Counted from the stretch's first letter, positions 39,499 to 53,965 are shown. The stretch: 64,000 bases of DNA from Tubiluchus corallicola (GCA_030141605.1 JAQGDQ010000316.1:62001-126000), one strand, 5' to 3'. Made by a program: numbers and translations. The notes: a model not told the origin generated them from the letters alone.

Positions 39499-41462
39499 AA
39501 TATTCTGTACACCCTCGAGTCCAGCCAGGGCAGAACTTATCATATACTGGTACTGTTCGCTTGCAGAATTGACCCCAAACAGAAGTCGTTTGTATCGATA
39601 TAGTCCTGAGTGTACCACAAAGGTTGTTATCTCACGCGATTTTTCAGATAATTCAAGTTGGTGATACCCCCATTTTAGGTCTAGTTTGCTAAATACCTTT
39701 GAACCATTCATGTTTTGCAGTACTTCATCAACTGTCGGAATCGGATGACGTCCTCTGATAATTGCTTCATTTGCACAGCGCATATCAACACATAACCGGA
39801 TGTCACCTTTGTCCTTTGGTGCAACTACTACAGGGTTGACCCAAGGGGTTGGACCATCTACCGGTTCAATGATATCTAAATTTAAAAGTTCCTGGATCTT
39901 CTCCTCAACTTTGCCCCTTAAATTGAAAGTTCTCCTTAACGGTTGTGCAACAGGCGTTACTGTTTCATCAATGTGCAACTCCACCTGCCTGGTTTTGAGC
40001 TTGCCAACACCTTGAAACACTTCTGGAAATTTTGTTTTCAAACTGTTAAGTGTTAATTTTTCACTACTCACGGCAGCAACTTCGGTGCCAATTTTCAGTA
40101 CTCCCAATTTTGTCGCAGTTTCCTCACCCAACAATGGAATACCTTCACCATGGATTACAACAAATTCAGCATCTGTCCATTTTTGACCAGTTTTAACTTT
40201 ACATGTGAATGTGCCTTTAATCGATAGAGGCTCCTTTGAAGCATAGGTATACAGCTTTTTTCCAGATGAAGCCACACATGATTTGCATTTTATTTTATTT
40301 CGCTTTAAGTTTTCCCACGTCTTTTCATCAATGAGATTGCAAGTAGCACCAGAGTCTACCATTGCCTCCATGTCTACACCACCTGCATTGACAGTTATCA
40401 TGTTTGTTTTCAGGCGATCTTGTACTACAAAAACATAGTAACAGTTTTCATCATCCGAATCATTTTTCACTTGATTAACATTAGCATATTTGGTCCCAGT
40501 TTTATTCAACTTATTTAATTTAGTCTTGCATACCTTGGCAAAATGATCTCTGCCAGCACACTTTTTGCATGTTTGACCTTTGGCTGGGCAATTTGGGTCA
40601 CGTCCGTAATGATCGAGCGATCCACATCTGTAGCAGGCTCCAGAATTTTTCTTCTTTCCTGGTGAGTTATGTTGTGCAAATTTTCGCGACTTCGCATAAT
40701 TATGTTTTTTTGCTGCGCACTAGATTGCAACTGTCTTTTTCAGCGGAATTTGGAGTTCCCACTAATGATCTCATCTGGGATTCAACTTTCTCACATTTAT
40801 TTGCAATATCTAACACATTAGCAAGCGTTAAGTCTTGATCAGATTCTAATAACTTACGACGAATGTAATCCGAATTACACTTACACAGCACAGCGTCACG
40901 AATCTGATTGTCTGAATCACCGCCGAATTCGCAATCACGTGCCGCAGTCCGTAGACGAGTAACAAACTGTAGTACAGTCTCTCCTTGTTTCTGGTTTAAC
41001 TGATGAAAAGTCTGTCGAGCGAATGCTGGATTAATTTGCGGTACAAAATATGTGTTTAAAGCATTCACTGCCGCAACATAGTCGTTGGCTTCACCTGTGT
41101 TTGGCAATGTGCGAAAGATCTCTTGAACATCGGTGCCAGCTAAATGCAACAAAAGCGCACGTCTCTGCTGTCGTACAGCTGCAGCAGCGTTTTCTCCAAC
41201 GATGTGACCTTTGCCGTCCGCATATAGTTCAAATGACGTCAGCCACCTTTGCCAGCGCGTGCCCAAAGTTGCTGGGTCAGACAGGCAATCAAATTTTGGA
41301 ATAACAGTTTTTTCCATTTTAACAATAGATGACTAACTTACGGTTTCTGTGGTTTACAGCAGACAGGTCTCGGTTTCTTCATAAACTCGTCGCCACTGTT
41401 ATATTTGTACTTCTTTAGTTGTTAATGCATTAGGAGTTGCTTCAACTGCAATGAATTGTACA
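39499..41462 (-). mobile_element. Ty3/Gypsy fragment, copy 2
   Basis: Nearly identical to 36275-38239; one extra base in the homopolymer near 40705-40711 splits the ORF; PBS at 41395-41386. Confidence 0.95.
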
Positions 41463-41997
41463 CTAGATAGTAGTCTTTTCCAGTTGTACAATTTTACTTT
41501 TGTATTGGAATGAAAAATATGATTGCACCAATTGAAACGTGCCAGTCCTTCTAGATAGTAGTCTGTTCCAGTTGTACAAGTTTTACTTTTGTATTGGATT
41601 GAAAATTATGATTGCACCAATTGAAACGTGCCAGTCCTTCTAGATAGTAGTCTTTTCCAGTTGTACAAGTTTTACTTTTGCATTGGAATGAAAATTATGA
41701 TTGCACCAATTGAAACGTGCCAGTCCTTCTAGATAGTAGTCTTTTCCAGTTGTACAAGTTTTACTTTTGCATTGGAATGAAAATTATGATTGCACCAATT
41801 GAAACGTGCCAGTCCTTCTAGATAGTAGTCTTTTCCAGTTGTACAGTTTTATTTTTGTATTGGAATGAAAATTATGATTGCACCAATTGACACGTGCCAG
41901 TCCTTCTAGATAGTAGTCTTTTCCAGTTGTACAGTTTTACTTTTGTATTGGAATGAAAAATATGATTGCACCAATTGACACGTGCCAGTCCTTCTAG
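41463..41997. repeat. 89-bp satellite, block 3 (~6 copies)
   Basis: Same unit; first copies share diagnostic variants with block 2. Confidence 0.95.
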
Positions 41998-44675
41998 CAT
42001 TAATCTACACCAGCAGGCTATGTTGGCTTTAGCTGATCTTTTATTGTAGATTCACTGGTACAGAAAGCATGAACATTACCATTAACTGAGTATGCTAACA
42101 TCCATGATCTCACTTTTACATGACTGAACCAACCGGTTGAGATAAACGATGATGTTCAACCTGCTAGATTACCTATGTGTAAACTCAGCATCAGTCAAGT
42201 ATAAAAATTAAATAAATAAGTTTTTGTTGTTATGTATTCGAAATAGTTCTACTTATAAAATGTTTGCTTTAAGCGTAAGTTCATACAAGATGTAATTTGA
42301 CAAAATCAGGTTAAGAACAGGCAGTTTGACAACTGACATATTTTCTTCCGTAGTTAGAGCAAAACACTTGACACATGCACAACAATAGTGACCCCAATAT
42401 ACAAAAAATGTTGTAGTAATTATGATAATTACAATGTGAAAAGAGTGACATTGTTAAATGTATACAAAGCAGTTATGCATTGGAATAAAATATTGGATTA
42501 GTACAAACATTTGACTGTTCACAAAATTATCCGAGGAAGAGTTGTCATATAAGAATGTAAGATCAATTTTTACAACGTTGTAAACATTTATGTTGACAAG
42601 GAAATTTGTAAGCGGATTTTATCTGGTTTGTTGGTAAAGAGGGCATTAAACTAAGTAATGGCCAACTGTTTCATAAGTAGGTTCACTGATTTTTCCAAAC
42701 ATTTCAACTCTCGTTAGCTAGAATTTACACAAACCTTGTTTTTAACTAAGCAGCTTTCATTACGACATCGATGTTTACTTTTTGCAGCTTGAGCTGCCTT
42801 TTCCTAGTCTTTGCTTAATGTGGACATTTTTCTGATTATATCTTTTTAGTTTTCTAGAAAATCCTGTTTATTTAGTCAACCGGTTAGTTTAGGGCTTGCA
42901 AATAATCTGAATACGAGGTTAGGTTACACTAATCAGATAGGCTCAATTTACTTAAGGTTTTTACTAGGCTTGCTTATGGTTTTTTTTATTCATAACTATC
43001 CTGATTACAGGGCTCAGCCATTTTTTGTTTCTATGGCTTTCTTTCATTTCAACAATGCTTTATTGTGGTTACTTTTAGCACGTATAATCAGTTAGCTGCA
43101 CCCCTCCGAACAGTGGCTACAGATGCTTGGAATTGGCTTTGACATTTAATCTTTCTTTCTGATGAAGTACGTCTTAGATTACTATATAACACAATATAAC
43201 ACACTAAGACAGCATTTATTTTAACATACACTTAAAACAAAACTTTTTCCTTTTACCCGCATGTTTAACATGTTCAATACCGAAATGACAACATGGCTAA
43301 CCATGTGTGACTTGTGAACATTTATAATTATATTATGAATTGTTATGATTACATAAAAAATCGTAGTTATTATTTAGTATATAACACAATATAACACACC
43401 AATTGACGTTAACATTAATTATAAAACATGTTTAACTGAAATCCCGTGAAAAAAAAATGCACGACAAATGTGTTAAAAAACTTTTCTGTACGTTTCTGTA
43501 AACTTTTCTGTAAATTTAAAATTTGATATTTACCGTGTTTATTAGCAGATATTTCTTTTGCAGTGGCATAGCACCAGGACCACACTTGGCAATATTGGAA
43601 GTTACTTGGAAGTAACACATTATACCAAACTAACGAAGTCCGCTATGTAAGTTTTATTTCCTTCATGTGCTACAATATGATGTTTTCAGGAATATCTTTA
43701 TCACATTCTTGTAGTCTTTTTGGTATTACATCTTTAGCAGCTGCGGATACTTTTATGTTTGGCTGTCAGTCATTTGCAATATTTTTCTTGTAATTATGTA
43801 AAACGCTTCTGTTTCTCAAAATGTTTAGCTATTTGATTTTGCGGTAATAATCATACCAGATTCTCAATATTCTGCTCCTCTCACAATAGTCTTTTATCCA
43901 AAATTGCGACCTACTTTTAATTCGCCTAACAAATTAAAAATCGACTATTAATAAAAAAATGAAAAAAGCTTTCAGTAACCGAGGCGTTTGAAGGATAACA
44001 ATGAAGATTAGCACTTATGTGAAATTGGATATTGCAGGAAACTTCAACTGTCCAAGCAAAACACTCTGATAGACTTTGGCCTCAAGTCAGCTCTATTTTT
44101 AAGGAAAAATTCCTGCTAAAAGATGAGACGACCTTAATTTGTCCTTGATTGATCGTTTTTTTCAGGAATAGCAGAAGGGAAAGCACATGACAGCATGGGC
44201 TGCAGCAAGCAGGCTACCAATAAATTAGTGTGTACGATCGCGCAAGTGCACGACTGTCTGAGATACTCGATAGACTAAGTTAGAGTGCCTGAAAATGGCG
44301 TGTTTTATCATTAGTTAGGGATGCTTAAACAAACAGCATGACTGGGTGGTTGGTATCCTCTTGAATAGAACAATGCCTAATTTGTAATCATTTATCTATG
44401 TCTGTTCTCATACAGTAGCAGAAAATCTGTAGGCCTTATAAGACCTATTTAGAGAGGTGTGGTCCTGAAGGAGTTCAATCAAGTTAAGTCTTATCTTCAT
44501 TGAAAACAAGTTGCTTGCTCGCCTTCTACATGATGTAATTTCTTTAAAGCTGTTAACAAAAAGATATATCTTTTTGTTCCCTGATTTGCAGTATCACATT
44601 TAATTGATCATTTGATGACCTCATTGAACTTTGGATTTGTAGTTTGTACAATTTAAAAACATGCCACTTATATAC

Positions 44676-44687
44676 AGACAGACAGAC

Positions 44688-44772
<85 letters not shown>

Positions 44773-44892
44773 GTGAGAGAGAGAGTGTGAGAGAGAGAGA
44801 GAGAGAGAGAAGAGAGAGCGAGAGAGAAAGAGCACGAGAGAGAGAGAAAGAGCAAGAGAGAGAGAGAGAGAGATTGGGAGAGAGAGAGAGAG
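44676..44892. repeat. (GACA)n(GA)n microsatellite
   Basis: Read directly. Confidence 0.95.
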
Positions 44893-45141
44893 ATTTGCTT
44901 TGATTTACTTCTTTATTTCAAACTTTCGTTCATGTCGTATTAGCACAACATTAAAAATATATACAACAAAAATACAAGTAAATAACACACAAGCGCACAA
45001 AGAAAACAACATTACAAATAATTATTATAATAATAACATTTCGCATTGGCTTCAAACATTATATCAATGAACATCAACAATGTGAAAATGAAGCATACAA
45101 TATCCTTCTCCAAGAGAGAAAGAGAAGGAGACAGACAGAGG

Positions 45142-45180
<39 letters not shown>

Positions 45181-46190
45181 AGGGAAAGAAAGAGGGGGGA
45201 TGAAAGGGATATAGAAAAGTTGCACTTTGACATCAATTAGAACCGTGGTTTTGCTAGTATTGGATTTGATTGGCCATTGCATCAAATTACAGAAGAACTT
45301 CTTCTAAGTAACTAATTCTTCAGTGGATGAAGAAACTTTAGTTTCAGAAATCATGACTTTAGTTCATCCACAGATTTCATTGTTGTTAAAGATCTGTAAT
45401 GCTCACTCTTACAATTATTACCTAGCAATCTGCCATCACAAGACAACTGCTGATGTAGTTACTCAGTCAATCTCTCCATGTAGTTACTTTTGCTGCTCTT
45501 TTGATTTTACATTTTATAAACTCAGGAGCTGTAAAGTGATAACTAAAAATCATAACAAACACATTTTCAGCAAACATAGCTTTATTTTGTACCCAACCAT
45601 GTTAATAAAAATATATAGCACTAATTTTTTCAACAACTTTGTCAAAATACGGTTCAATCACATATATATATATATATGTAAGAATTCTTTGATTCATAAA
45701 ATGTCTACAGATCTTGTCAGAAATTTCTAAATTTTGTTAAATCTTGCTAAAACCTAATTATAAAAATGACAATGATAAAAGGTAATTTCTACCATAGATC
45801 TAACAATATGTAATGAACTTACAATGTAATCACATCCACAACCGTAATCAGAAATCTGCTCTGCTATAAAACACAGTAGAGCCTAAAATACGTTAGGACA
45901 TAATAATGCTATTATGTAACCGTGTCAACATACAATGGTTTCATCCTCATAACTGACCTCTACAGATTAAAAAATAATTGAATTTTCTGTCATGAAGCAT
46001 TTTTTCTAAATTTGCAACTGTCTTTGGAGTATCTCTATATATTTCACACATCAGCAATTACTGTTTTTCCAGCCCGAATTTGTACTTTAATGTTTGTAAC
46101 TAGTATAATAGTCTGGTATATATTTTTTGCTTAGTGTAGCTACTTTTCTCTGCCAGTGAGCACTGTTACCATGCGCAAATATATGTGCCA

Positions 46191-49100
46191 TCAATAATAA
46201 TAATAATAGTAATCACAAAAAAAAACATCATAATCATAGTCGTAGTCATCATTGTACAAGCATATTTGTTCAAGGATCCATTGTGTGAATGTTGACACTC
46301 GGGTGTATACGCCTGGATCGGCATCTACCTGGCATTCTCCTCTGGGACCCCATGACGTGATGCCAACCAGCTCTTCATAATAATCCGTAGTGACCATGGG
46401 ACCACCCGAATCACCCTAAAATGAAGAGTATATTGTTACAATAAGAGGTAGTGAAACCAACTATAATTTACATGAGTTTTAAGTCCCAAAGCTTACTTTA
46501 ATATTGAGTAATTTATAAAGATGGTTAAAGTTTGTTAACTGTAGATAAACAAACGATCACAATTTTTTGTTCAGAAACAAGTTTTTTATGTATAATAGTT
46601 CATTTTTTTCTAAAAATCCACTAAAAGTCTCCTAACCAGCTCTGGTATCTAATTTATTGACATATTTTATCCACAAAATCAAGATATGTTGAGCATTTCT
46701 ACATTCTTTACTATTGGGAAGCAATTAAAGATAAATGGTTAGGCAACTTTCAAGCAATTATTATTAAAAAAAATGTTTCAAAATTCCACTAAAAACATGC
46801 ACAAAAGTGCTGAAATTGGTTAAAGTGACAGCAGAATGTAAAAAATGCCTTTAAAAACATTTAAACTAAACCAAAATGTAGAAAAATTAGTTTACCTCAC
46901 ACAGGTAAATAAATTAGGTTATTTTGTTCTTGTCTTAACTGAAGATCTTTACTAAAAGCATGATTTATATCGTGCAGAGCCTTTACTAATTTAAGACACT
47001 GTAGCAAAGTTTAGCCTTGTGTCTTTGGTTCCAAAATAAGATATTAAAAAATTACTTTAAATAATTTTACCTTAATATACCAAATTATTAGGGTAATATT
47101 TGCAAAACAGTAGTAATGCAAATTGTTATAATGATAAATACAAAAGACGATTACACAATATCAAAAATAACGCAGTTTAACCAATTGTATTTTAAAGGGA
47201 GTTCTACTGTGAGACACTTCAAGGTCAATGAACAGTTCGTTATTTGCAGAAAAAGATGTAGCTGGAAGAGTCAAGTAACATGATCAATTTAATCAAATAA
47301 AAAACAGCGTAGATTAACATGTAATGGTGTAAATATGTTACTAACTTTGCAAGTTCCAGTCTCGTCCTCCAAGTTTCCAGCACAGATCATATTATCAGTG
47401 ATATCAAGACTTGTTTTGTCCCTTAAATACTCATAGCAGTCGTCATTGGGAACTACAAACACAACTGCTGTCTTTAAGACTTCTGAACGTGTTCCATCTG
47501 AAAAAATAAGCAAAAGTTAACTGGTTTGTCATCCATTGTTGCGAATAAGAAAGAAAAGAAGTTCATAGATGGAATCACGAATCAGTAAAGAATCCGTATT
47601 TTTCAGTTAGCTAAGTTCTTTATAAGAACAAGAAAGGTGTTTTAGCAACTTATATTACAGTAAGAAGAAAATGTGTAAAAGATGCATTGTTTAAAAACAT
47701 ATAAAAGTAGATGTTTTTAGAAACCACTAAAATTCTGTCAAACTGACATTTTAATATTATTGCGCAATGTCTCAGTCCATCTTTGTCTGAGAATTCAGTT
47801 TATAAATTTTTTGGTGATATTCTGCATTTTCTTACTTACAGTTATCTGTGGTTCCAAATCCAGTTACTCGAACGTCTAGCCAATCATATGTTTCGGTTGT
47901 TTCGTTTCCATAAGGTAAGTAAGTTATATTAACATATTCGTCATCCGTGTTGACTGGAACGTCAAGTTTTATCAGAGCTATGTCACTATCGTATGTGCGA
48001 CCGTTGTAGTCAGGATGAAGAATCAGTTGATTAACCTAGTCGAAGGTATAACCATATAGCTGATTTTAGCAAAAAAATACACAAAAAGGTAAAATAGCGA
48101 GATGAGTACCAAATCTATGAGTAAAAATTAAGACCACCAGAAAGTCATCATTCAATCTGTCAACCAGTTGCAACAAAAATAGTTGTTCACACGAAAATTG
48201 CTTTGACAAATAAAGAAAAACAAATAATGAACAATTGATTTTTGCAAAAGTACTAAGAAATCATAAAGAGCAGGCATCTAGCGATGCTACAGTGGCTAAA
48301 ATTCTCGTTACATATTTGTACGTGTGATGTATTATAAGGTTATGTTGTGATATTTACCCATTAGACTAATTACCTCTTAGACTATCAAAATTACCCCGGG
48401 TGTTTTTGCTCACATTTTTACATTGATGCATACAACGAAAAATCATCAAACTTGTAGTGATTAAATATTTATCAACTTGTTAGACAACAATAACTTGTTT
48501 TTGCTGAAAACTGTTACTTATGATATTTTACATAGCTTGGGGCAGCTTTCTCCCCCATTTCTCAAACTTTTTTTGTAGGCAAAAGTTTGGAGTATGTAGT
48601 AATTTTTATTCTTTCTGGCAGCACGAATTATTTACTTTGACAACTAAGAAGTGCTGCAAACCTTTAATTGTAGCATGAAAGTCTGCAAAGTGATTTTTCT
48701 AACATCTACTGAAGGAAAATCATCATAAATTTTATGGACATTCTCCATTTAGTTTGCTCTTCAGTTGGTTAAGGTTGAAGCTGATGAAGAGGAGAGTTTA
48801 GAATTTCCAGCAAGTGAAGAAGAAGTGGATGTCACATGATAAACCACTAGCCTATTATGCCACAAAACCTGATAAACCACGCAAATATTGCAAATATAGC
48901 ATAAGCAACTGGAAAAGTTGTGGAATGCCTCTTTGGGCCCTTTCTACCTCATACAGCTACAACAACTTGCAAAGAATTTGGTTTTGGACTACCATGGGCA
49001 CTTAGATTGCTAATTCTATTCTATACAGCTAGTAACGCATCTTAAGCAAACTTTCCAAGGAGTAATTTTTTGCCCCACTTGATTTTTTTGTAATATAAAA

Positions 49101-52100
49101 GCCCTTGCTCGGCTAGGGGTTAAATACTAATGGTCGCACGTATAGTGTCTTATCTGGTCTATCTGAAAGTAATTTTTACACCGAGTATAGTATTTCCCCT
49201 ATGCTATATGATTTGAGTAACTGTAACTAATATTATATTAGCCAATAAAATGCATTTTATTTCAATTCTGCGAAACCAATATTGTTTGCTCATCGATGCA
49301 GTATTTTTGTTATATTAAGGGGAAGTAACTAACCTCTGAAAGTAATATGCTACTTTTATTTATAGGGTGCGCTTGCTAGTTTAAAGCAATTTTCTGATAA
49401 TGCAACAATATTAAAGGATGATGAAAATGCCCAGAGGACTTTTAAAAAACACGTCCTTTTCTTCATCTTCTTTCTTGGAGATGTTATTTGCACTATAAAA
49501 GAGTTTTAAAAAGTTTCTAAAGGTTCTTTGTGAATTTTTTAAGAAAACTGGTACTGTGTTTATGTGGGGCGGGGAGAGGATAAACTCGCGTGCTTCCGAG
49601 AAAACAAGCTCTGTCTACTTCACGCTCTAGTGGGCACACATTCGAATGCTGTACACGTAGCGCCCAACTTCCACCGTTCACGTAATGTGAGGGTCACCAA
49701 GCTTATAACAATATTAACTTTACAGCTAACTAATTGAATGAGGTGCTGAAATATTATTGGTTAATAAAGATTTGAAACAAGAAATTTAAAAAGCAAATTT
49801 TTACATACCCCAGCAAACTGTGTTGCATCGTGAAAAGTACTTGCGCCAAAAAAGAGACCAATCGAGTTCATCTCTCTGAAACATATTTGTTTTACTGAGT
49901 GAGACGCTTGTTGTTGTTTATGAATCACATAGCCGTTTAATTTATGAGGTTTTCTGAAGCGTTATCGAGGTTCACAAAATAAAAACATTAAAAAGAACAA
50001 AGCGGAAAGTTTTTCAAATAAATAAATTTTTGTAGGAATAAGGAACAAATAGAACTGCAATGATTGCACTGAACCAATGTACAGTATCACTTGTGTGAAG
50101 TCAGCCAGTAACTGCAGTGTTTGCACTGTAACGATGTACAGTATCACTTGTGTGAAGTCGGCCATTGCAGAAAATTCCAACTTTTTCGTCAGAACACTCT
50201 GATACACAAGTCGACCATAAGGAGAAATTCCTATTAGTGCATGGTATAGTCTGATGATGTTCGTCCTTCGAAACGAAGGGTCAGTTTGGGGGTTGTCATT
50301 CCTTTTATGAGCTCGAAGGTGACTGACTAGGCCAATTCTGGCCTGGAAAGGTTTTTGGCATTTGGCACAGGTGAGGCTGGGTGTTTGGACCTGTTGTTGG
50401 GCAGTGTCACATGCCTTGCGTCTCCTGCGCTTCTCCTCCGCCACCTCAATTCTTTTCGCCTCTGTTGTCTTAGCCCCTGTGGTGATGGCCTCCGCCATGC
50501 TGAGCGATCTTGTACAAGGATTTCAATTGGACGGACATTCATGCTGAGCTCCTTGAGTGAGGCCTTCATGTATAGTCTGGCCTAGACTATTTTACACATT
50601 GGGCTTGTTTTGGCCTAGATCACAGTTTTTCCTAGGATGTACTCTGGCGTGGGTCAAACAATGCTTAGTTTCACAAGCAGATAGCAGATAGTGCAAGGAA
50701 GTACTATTCTATAACCGGGTTTAATCTGGGCATAGGTTAATTTGGATTGCTACACCTGTGACGTAAACTACATACATCATTCAAACTGTCATTCAAACAA
50801 ATAACAAAATAACGTACTCAGGTTCCACATCATCCACACAGTGAGCGGCTGTGAGTACCCAGTCACGGTGAATAAGTGACCCACCACACCAGTGACGATT
50901 CCATCTTCTAAGTTGAACCTAAATGAAAACAAGTCTAGCAAAAGAAGCCAGGTCAAAACATAAAGTATCTTGTACAAATACGGGATTCAATAGACTGATG
51001 TTGTAACGTTGCGAATTGTGATTCAAAATTCAAGTTAATAAACCGTCTCTGGGCGATCTCTCCGTGTAAAGAGCAACAAGAAGTTGCTTTATGATAGAAA
51101 TTTGCTGATGAAATTCGCAGTTTTTTTAATCTTGCAAGCATAAATAAGACTTTTGTAATTTAAAATCTCAAATAACTGTAATTTAAAACCTCAAACAAAT
51201 GACTAAGGTGCTGCAACATTTTTAAAGAATAACATTGAAATGAAATTAGAGACAAAAAATTCCTCTCATACATAATATGGGTATTGTCCTTGTTTTGCAT
51301 TTTCACCATTGATGATACTTCCAGCAATTGCAGCTCGAGCGCGACGTGCTGAAAGAACAAATGAAGACAATGATGATGATTGTCAGTGACGTGCTGAAAG
51401 AACAAATGAAGACAATGATGATGATTGTCAGTGACGTGCTGAAAGAACAAATGAAGACAATGATGATGATTGTCAGTGACGTGCTGAAAGAACATATGAA
51501 GACAATGATGATGATTGTCAGTGACGTGCTGAAAGAACATATGAAGACAATGATGATGATTGTCAGTGACGTGCTGAAAGAACAAATGAAGACAATGATG
51601 ATGATTGTCAGTGACGTGCTGAAAGAACAAATGAAGACAATGATGATGATTGTCAGTGACGTGCTGAAAGAACAAATGAAGACAATGATGATGATTGTCA
51701 GTGACGTGATGAAAGAACAAATGAAGACAATGATGATGATTGTCAGTGACGTGATGAAAGAACAAATGAAGACAATGATGATGATTGTCAGTGACGTGCT
51801 GAAAAAACAGATGAAGACAATGATGATGATTGTCAGTGACGTGCTGAAAGAACAAATGAAGACAATGATGATGATTGTCAGTGACGTGCTGAAAGAACAA
51901 ATGAAGACAATGATGATGATTGTCAGTGACGTGCTGAAAAAACAAATGAAGACAATGATGATGATTGTCAGTGACGTGCTGAAAGAACAAATGAAGACAA
52001 TGATGATGATTGTCAGTGACGTGATGAAAGAACAAATGAAGACAATGATGATGATTGTCAGTGACGTGCTGAAAGAACAAATGAAGACAATGATGATGAT

Positions 52101-53924
52101 TGTCAGTGACGTGCTGAAAGAACAAATGAAGACAATGATGATGATTGTCAGTGACGTGCTGAAAGAACAAATGAAGACAATGATGATGATTGTCAGTGAC
52201 GTGATGAAAGAACAAATGAAGACAATGATGATGATTGTCAGTGACGTGCTGAAAAAACAGATGAAGACAATGATGATGATTGTCAGTGACGTGCTGAAAG
52301 AACAAATGAAGACAATGATGATGATTGTCAGTGACGTGCTGAAAGATCAAATGAAGACAATGATGATGATTGTCAGTGACGTGCTGAAAAAACAAATGAA
52401 GACAATGATGATGATTGTCAGTGACGTGCTGAAAGAACAAATGAAGACAATGATGATGATTGTCAGTGACGTGATGAAAGAACAAATGAAGACAATGATG
52501 ATGATTGTCAGTGACGTGCTGAAAGAACAAATGAAGACAATGATGATGATTGTCAGTGACGTGATGAAAGGACAAATGAAGACAATGATGATGATTGTCA
52601 GTGACGTTCTGAAAGAACAAATGAAGACAATGATCATGATTGCCACTGACAGGCGCAACTGATTCGAATATCACGGATTTTAATTTATTGTTTGTGCAGT
52701 AATATGTGTCGATAGTTATGCAATTGACATGTGCATCAGTTGCACAAGTCTCAAAAATCTTGATGATATTTTGTTTAGTTTAGTTTATTCACATCTGTTT
52801 GTAGATAAAAAACATTCGTGAAGAAAACAAAATATAGTACTTCTAGCATGTTACTAATTAGCAGTTTGTACAAGAACATAGTTGTAGAAATTACAAACAG
52901 AAAAACACAATTATAAAAACAATATTTATAAATATTTGAAGGAGAACTGGACACATTCTTGAACTTTAGGTCAAGACAATCTGCTCTTTAAAACGCAGAA
53001 AGGAAATATATTATTGTTTTTTCAAAAATCATTTACGTAAAAGAATTCTTTCACAATGTCGGGCTCGCGCGACCAGTTTCTCGTGGTTACATGCATTTCG
53101 CCATTCGCTAGTTAGACGGGGACTAGTACATGCAGTTCGGAAACGCAATGGGCAAAAAACAGGTGCTGTACCTCTCAGTTCACAAAAAGTTTGTTTATGT
53201 TGAGCTACACACGTTCAACAGCTTATGCTTGAGAACAGCAAAAAAATTAAAACTTGAATTTTTATCTTAATTCTTGCCTTGTTACATTGAATATCTCACA
53301 GTGGCGCTGTGCTTCAATTTTTACTTTCACAAAGATGTGCAACACACTCTTGAAACACTGCTGGTGTGTCTAATCTCATTAGTAGTTCGGCTCGCCCGCC
53401 ATTAATTAAGCTTTAAACTATTATTTAATAAGAAACGTTTACGCGGTGTTAGTTGTATTAAAATGTATACTTTTACCATACTTAAAAATGGGGTAGTATA
53501 TGAAAAATATCCTTCATTGCTTTAAATGATAAGTCTTATTTCGATTTGATTTGGGTGTGTCAAGAATGTAAGAGACATGGCATACTGAGGTCAGTTTTGA
53601 ACCTAACCTACAGGTGGCAAAATCTATTAATCTACATGTTACTTGTAACCAGTTAAAATTTAGATCATTTTTTGTTAAATAATTAAAAAGTTGTTAAAAT
53701 ATTGGTGAGGTGCAATCAAACATCAATTTTCTTGTTTTTTTTTAAGTTTCTATGGAAACACAACTTAAGTATAACATGCTGTACATAATCATCTATTATC
53801 ACAACTGTGCCAGGAAAGTAATGTTTTCCTTGCTAATTTTAATATCGTTCACGTCAAACGCGCCCAGAACTTTTGAAACGGCAATGACTGTTACTAAACA
53901 ATGTGATTAATGAAAACGAATACA

Positions 53925-53965
<41 letters not shown>

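Noticed and set aside
35699-41997. CRISPR array
   Set aside because: Eukaryotic context, 89-bp head-to-tail units without unique spacers, no cas genes.
51160-52674. His/Cys-rich 504-aa ORF (metal-binding protein?) and opposite Met-rich 444-aa ORF
   Set aside because: Translations of a 45-bp intronic repeat; the His-rich frame is not the frame of the protease exons.
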